A program made the position numbers and the translations under genes. A DNA stretch of 45,034 nt, from contig JBDTSC010000001.1 in NCBI GenBank assembly GCA_039931375.1, forward strand, positions 1-45,034. The letters run 5' to 3'. The notes under the pieces are model-generated. The model saw nothing but the letters and a program-made list of their open reading frames with translations, was not told where the DNA came from and searched no databases. Below are positions 41,714 to 45,034 of the stretch, in pieces (positions within the stretch are counted from its first letter, which is position 1; every line of letters begins with the position of its first letter). This DNA comes from Ardenticatenales bacterium (GTDB taxonomy: Bacteria > Chloroflexota > Anaerolineae > Epilineales > Epilineaceae).

Positions 41714-44701
41714 CTACAACCGGTACGCGTCCCGTTGGGGACGATACGCCCTCAACATCCAGTACGGCCGCCGCGTCCCGTCCGGCGACACGTCGTCGGC
41801 GCCCCGCGCCATCGCCAGCCAGCGGCGGTACACCGCCATCGACCGCGCCGTGTCGACGTGCACGTCGCCGATGCGATCATCCGCCAGCGCGGGCCGGATC
41901 GTCACCTTTTGGTGCCAGCAGTGCATGCCGCTCACCGGGTCGGGCTGCACCGGGAACGTCAGGTTCTGATGGACACCGACGTCCTTCCACCAGATCCGCG
42001 ACGTGTCCGGATCGGCGCTCTTGAACGGCCCGGCGCCCTTGATGCGGCGCATGGCCCATTCCTGGCCATCGTGCGATGCGCTCGTGTCGTCGCCGCCGCT
42101 GTCGTAACCACCCCCTGCCGACATTGCGACCGCCGTCGGAACCGCGACCACGGGCTGCCCGTCGCGCGTGAGATCGACCAGCGCGGTGCTGAATCGTCCG
42201 CCGCCCTCCTCGGTCAACCGCCAGCGGCCCAGGTGGTGCGAGCACGCCGCGACGCCGGGCCGGATGCCCTCGGTGACCCACAGGCGGTCGATGAAGTGGC
42301 CGATCTCGGTCTCGATGCGCACCAGATCACCGGTCTTCAGGCCCAGGCGCGCCGCGTCGGCGGGGTGGAGCCAGAGGGGGTTGTTGTGGCTGATCTCGTA
42401 CAGCCACTTGCTGTTGCCGGTGCGGGTGTGGATCAGCGTCGGCAGCCGGAATGTGCTGATCAGCACCATCTCGCCCTTGGCGGCGTCGATCCGGCTCGGG
42501 TGGACGTGGCTGGGCGTGTAGCCCGGCAGCGCCCACTCCGGCCAGCCCCATTCGGCCAACGTCGGCGAGAAGAACTCGAGGCGGCGCGACGGCGTGTCGA
42601 AGCCACGGCGGACGGTGCCTTCAGGGTCGCCGTCGACACGGCGGCCGACGACGCGCCGGCCGTCGGCACCGGGCGGGAACGCGGGGTGGGGCGTGATGTT
42701 CGCGCCATGCGCAGCCGGGGCGGGCGACCAGACGACGCCGTCGTCATCCGTGCGGGCGTCCGCCAGGAGGTCGGCGGCGACGGGCTGGTCGTACGGCGCG
42801 CCCGGACCGCGGCGCAGCTCGAAGGCGCCGTACTTGCGCATGTAGGCCAACGGCGTCAGGCCCTCGGCGGCGGCCTTTTCGGGCAGGCCCGGGACGTTGT
42901 GGTCGAACAGCCAGCCGTAGTAGTCGTCGACGGTCATCCGCTCGCCCGGACGGTGCGGTGACTCGAAGTGCTTGCGGATGCCCAGCGAGCCGTCGGGATC
43001 GATCTGCCACGAGAGGGCGATGAAGAACTCGGTCTCCTCCCACACCTCGCCCGGGTTCGCCTGCCACGTGAACTCGACCGGCCGGCCCATCTTTTCGAGC
43101 GCGACGCGGCGCACGGGTTGCCGGAAGGCGATCCAGCAGCCGGCGTGCGTCTCGGTGCTCATCACGTCGTGGCGCTCGCTCGAATGGCCCATCGGCAGGA
43201 CGTAGTCCGCGAAGTGGGCGGTCTCGCTCCATGTGGGGGTCAAGCAGACGTGCAGGCCCACCTTCGATTCGTCTGTCAGCGCCTCGATCCACGTCGCGCC
43301 GTCCGGGTTCGTCCAGACCGGGTTGTAGACCCGCGTGAAGTACGTGTCGAGCTTGGCGCGCCCTTCCTTGAGGAAGTGCGGCAGCAGGAACGACAGCTCG
43401 AAGTACGTCAGCGGGTACTCGCGCGGCCACGATAGCTCGTTCCAGCGCGGCGGGTTCGGCGCCAATTGCGGTGGCCGCGGCACCCACTTGTCCCACGCGT
43501 TCATCGACGTGCCGCCCGTCGTGCCGACGGATCCCGTCAGGACGTTCAGCAGGAACAGGCATCGTGCGACCTGCCAGCCGCCCAGGTTGCCCGCGGTCGC
43601 GCTGCGCCACGTGTGCGCCGCCAGCCGCGACCCGGCGTCCGCGACGACGTCGGCCACCTGCGCGATGACCGCTGCGTCGACGCCGCTCTCGGCCGCGGCG
43701 TAGTCGAACGTGTACGGTGCGTACAGCTCGAGGAAGCGCGCCTCGAACCGTTCGAACGTGCGCTCGTCGTCCGGATGATCGTGCTCGAGCCACGCCTCCC
43801 AGTTCACCCACCGGCGCACGAACTCGCGGTCGTGGCGGCCGGTGGCGACGATGTGGCGGGCGATCGCGAGCAAGATCGCGGCCTCGCTGCCGGGCCATGG
43901 CGAGAGCCAGTGGTCGGCGCGGCTGGCGGTGTTGGACAGGCGCGTGTCCAGGACGATCAGCTTGGCGCCGTTCAGCTTGGCCTCGATAATTCGCTGGGCA
44001 TGCGGGTTGAAGTAGTGGCCCGTCTCGAGGTGGGAGCTGATCAGCAGGATCACCCGCGCGTTCGCGTGGTCGGGTGACGGCCGGTCTAGCCCCGTCCAGA
44101 AGGCGTACCCGGCCCGTGCGGACGCCGAGCAGACGTTCGTGTGGCTGTTGTGGCCGTCGATGCCCCAGCCCCACAGCACGTATTCCATCAGCCCGTCGTG
44201 CCCCGGCCGCCCGACGTGGTACATCACCTCGTCGTGCCGCTGTTCATCGAACGCTTTGCGGATCCGCCCTCCGATGTCGGCCAGCGCCTCGTCCCACGTC
44301 GTGCGCACCCACTTGCCCTCGCCGCGCTTCCCGGCGCGCTTCAGGGGATACAGGATCCGCTCGGGATCGTGCACCTGGTTGTGCGTCGCCGGCCCCTTGG
44401 CGCAGTTGCGCCCGCGGCTGCCCGGATGCTCCGGGTTCCCCTCGAACTTCTGGACCTCGAGCGTGTCGCGGTCGACGTACGCCAGCAGCCCGCACGCGCT
44501 CTCGCAGTTGAAGCAGACCGTCGGGATGAGCATGTAGTTGCGCTTGACGCGGCGTGGCCAGGCGCGGGGGTCGTGCTCGGTCCAGTCGTCCCAGCGGTCG
44601 GTGGGGGGGTAGGGGCGGAGGGGTGGGGTGGGTGTGGGCTCCGGCGAGGAGATGGGCGCGTCGACACCGTTGGGATTCGTCGACTCGGACGGGGGTGGCA
44701 T
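41714..44701 (-). CDS. Molybdopterin (bis-MGD) oxidoreductase catalytic subunit, DMSO-reductase superfamily, no recognisable export signal
   Basis: 995 aa. N-terminal 4Fe-4S motif CFNCESACG...C (RGRNCAKG). Probable Cys Mo-ligand region HTNVCSASARAGY. MGD-binding blocks. C-terminal barrel NPLWLHPADAARLGLKTGDLVRIETEIG, followed by about 190 extra residues. Confidence 0.9.
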   Translation of the reverse strand: MPPPSESTNPNGVDAPISSPEPTPTPPLRPYPPTDRWDDWTEHDPRAWPRRVKRNYMLIPTVCFNCESACGLLAYVDRDTLEVQKFEGNPEHPGSRGRNCAKGPATHNQVHDPERILYPLKRAGKRGEGKWVRTTWDEALADIGGRIRKAFDEQRHDEVMYHVGRPGHDGLMEYVLWGWGIDGHNSHTNVCSASARAGYAFWTGLDRPSPDHANARVILLISSHLETGHYFNPHAQRIIEAKLNGAKLIVLDTRLSNTASRADHWLSPWPGSEAAILLAIARHIVATGRHDREFVRRWVNWEAWLEHDHPDDERTFERFEARFLELYAPYTFDYAAAESGVDAAVIAQVADVVADAGSRLAAHTWRSATAGNLGGWQVARCLFLLNVLTGSVGTTGGTSMNAWDKWVPRPPQLAPNPPRWNELSWPREYPLTYFELSFLLPHFLKEGRAKLDTYFTRVYNPVWTNPDGATWIEALTDESKVGLHVCLTPTWSETAHFADYVLPMGHSSERHDVMSTETHAGCWIAFRQPVRRVALEKMGRPVEFTWQANPGEVWEETEFFIALSWQIDPDGSLGIRKHFESPHRPGERMTVDDYYGWLFDHNVPGLPEKAAAEGLTPLAYMRKYGAFELRRGPGAPYDQPVAADLLADARTDDDGVVWSPAPAAHGANITPHPAFPPGADGRRVVGRRVDGDPEGTVRRGFDTPSRRLEFFSPTLAEWGWPEWALPGYTPSHVHPSRIDAAKGEMVLISTFRLPTLIHTRTGNSKWLYEISHNNPLWLHPADAARLGLKTGDLVRIETEIGHFIDRLWVTEGIRPGVAACSHHLGRWRLTEEGGGRFSTALVDLTRDGQPVVAVPTAVAMSAGGGYDSGGDDTSASHDGQEWAMRRIKGAGPFKSADPDTSRIWWKDVGVHQNLTFPVQPDPVSGMHCWHQKVTIRPALADDRIGDVHVDTARSMAVYRRWLAMARGADDVSPDGTRRPYWMLRAYRPQRDAYRL

Positions 44702-45034
44702 CGCGGGTCCTTGTGGGCGGCGCGGCGGGACGGGACGGGTTCTGGACGGGATGGTCGGGGGGATGATGCGCGGGTTTGGGAAATTGGGCTAGCGCGCTCA
44801 GGGCGAGCGCATCAAACGGAGATCCGGGGTACTCCGGCGAGGTATTGGCGACGACTCGGGTGCGAGGATGTGAGGTCGGGCGTGTGATGGTGGGGCGCGG
44901 GGTGGGAGGATCCGGGGCGTGCAGAGCCGCAGGGCCTCGGCGGGGGTGGCGGGGAGCGCAATTCCCGAGCAACGCACACTCGCCGTCGCACCACGGCGAG
45001 ATCCCGCAAGCATCCTGGATACAAGGACCGGGTC

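Noticed and set aside
44702-45034. Possible Moco riboswitch upstream of the molybdoenzyme operon.
   Set aside because: I could not find the conserved Moco-motif core elements as I remember them, nor a convincing multi-stem fold. It is kept only as a region to test with a covariance model, not as a call.

Overview
This is a very GC-rich bacterial chromosomal window. Third codon positions are almost all G/C, so every real gene is shadowed by long Arg/Gly/Ala/Pro-rich antisense ORFs. I call about 44 protein genes and one tRNA-Val. PT-rich linkers, many VWA/LCP/ECF genes and family-5 lipoprotein SBPs suggest a Chloroflexota- or Actinomycetota-like organism; that is inference only.

Layout:
- 1-3353: small accessory patch with a partial HD hydrolase, a Uma2 nuclease, vapBC and a secreted VWA protein.
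- 3595-6858: divergent gcdH and an SLC13/DASS permease.
- 6935-7008: tRNA-Val(TAC).
- 7019-13357: housekeeping block with LCP, GAF-obg-nadD-rdgB::GNAT and a sugar nucleotidyltransferase.
- 13477-20507: cluster of three ECF sigma factors. One operon is sigma/ZAS anti-sigma/VWA. The divergent operon is sigma-sigma-membrane protein-SBP.
- 20789-27467: peptide-type ABC importer.
- 27686-28672: secreted DNRLRE-like protein.
- 28856-33655: scpB-rluB-cmk-TIGR01906-plsC-hypothetical operon.
- 33567-36200: tightly overlapped minus-strand cassette of lipoprotein/GNAT/small membrane protein/DUF2071.
- 36416-39532: assorted genes (secreted hypothetical, DUF1361, ankyrin, tam).
- 39562-44701: minus-strand operon of molybdopterin oxidoreductase, membrane di-haem cytochrome c and a TorD-like chaperone.

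Most interesting observations:
1. The exact motif TGAACC-N16-CGTT (ECF-promoter geometry) occurs three times. It sits back-to-back between the divergent sigma operons and again directly after the sigma-linked SBP, upstream of the ABC importer. This suggests one coupled multi-sigma regulon.
2. The signal-less Mo enzyme is paired with an outward-facing cytochrome c and an extended TorD-like protein.
3. The four-gene overlapped cassette of unknown function.
4. A RdgB::YpeA-like GNAT fusion.

No CRISPR array, rRNA, transposase or integrase was seen. All family calls come from reading motifs by eye; no database search was run. Start codons are inferred from RBS, overlap and signal-peptide logic and may be off.
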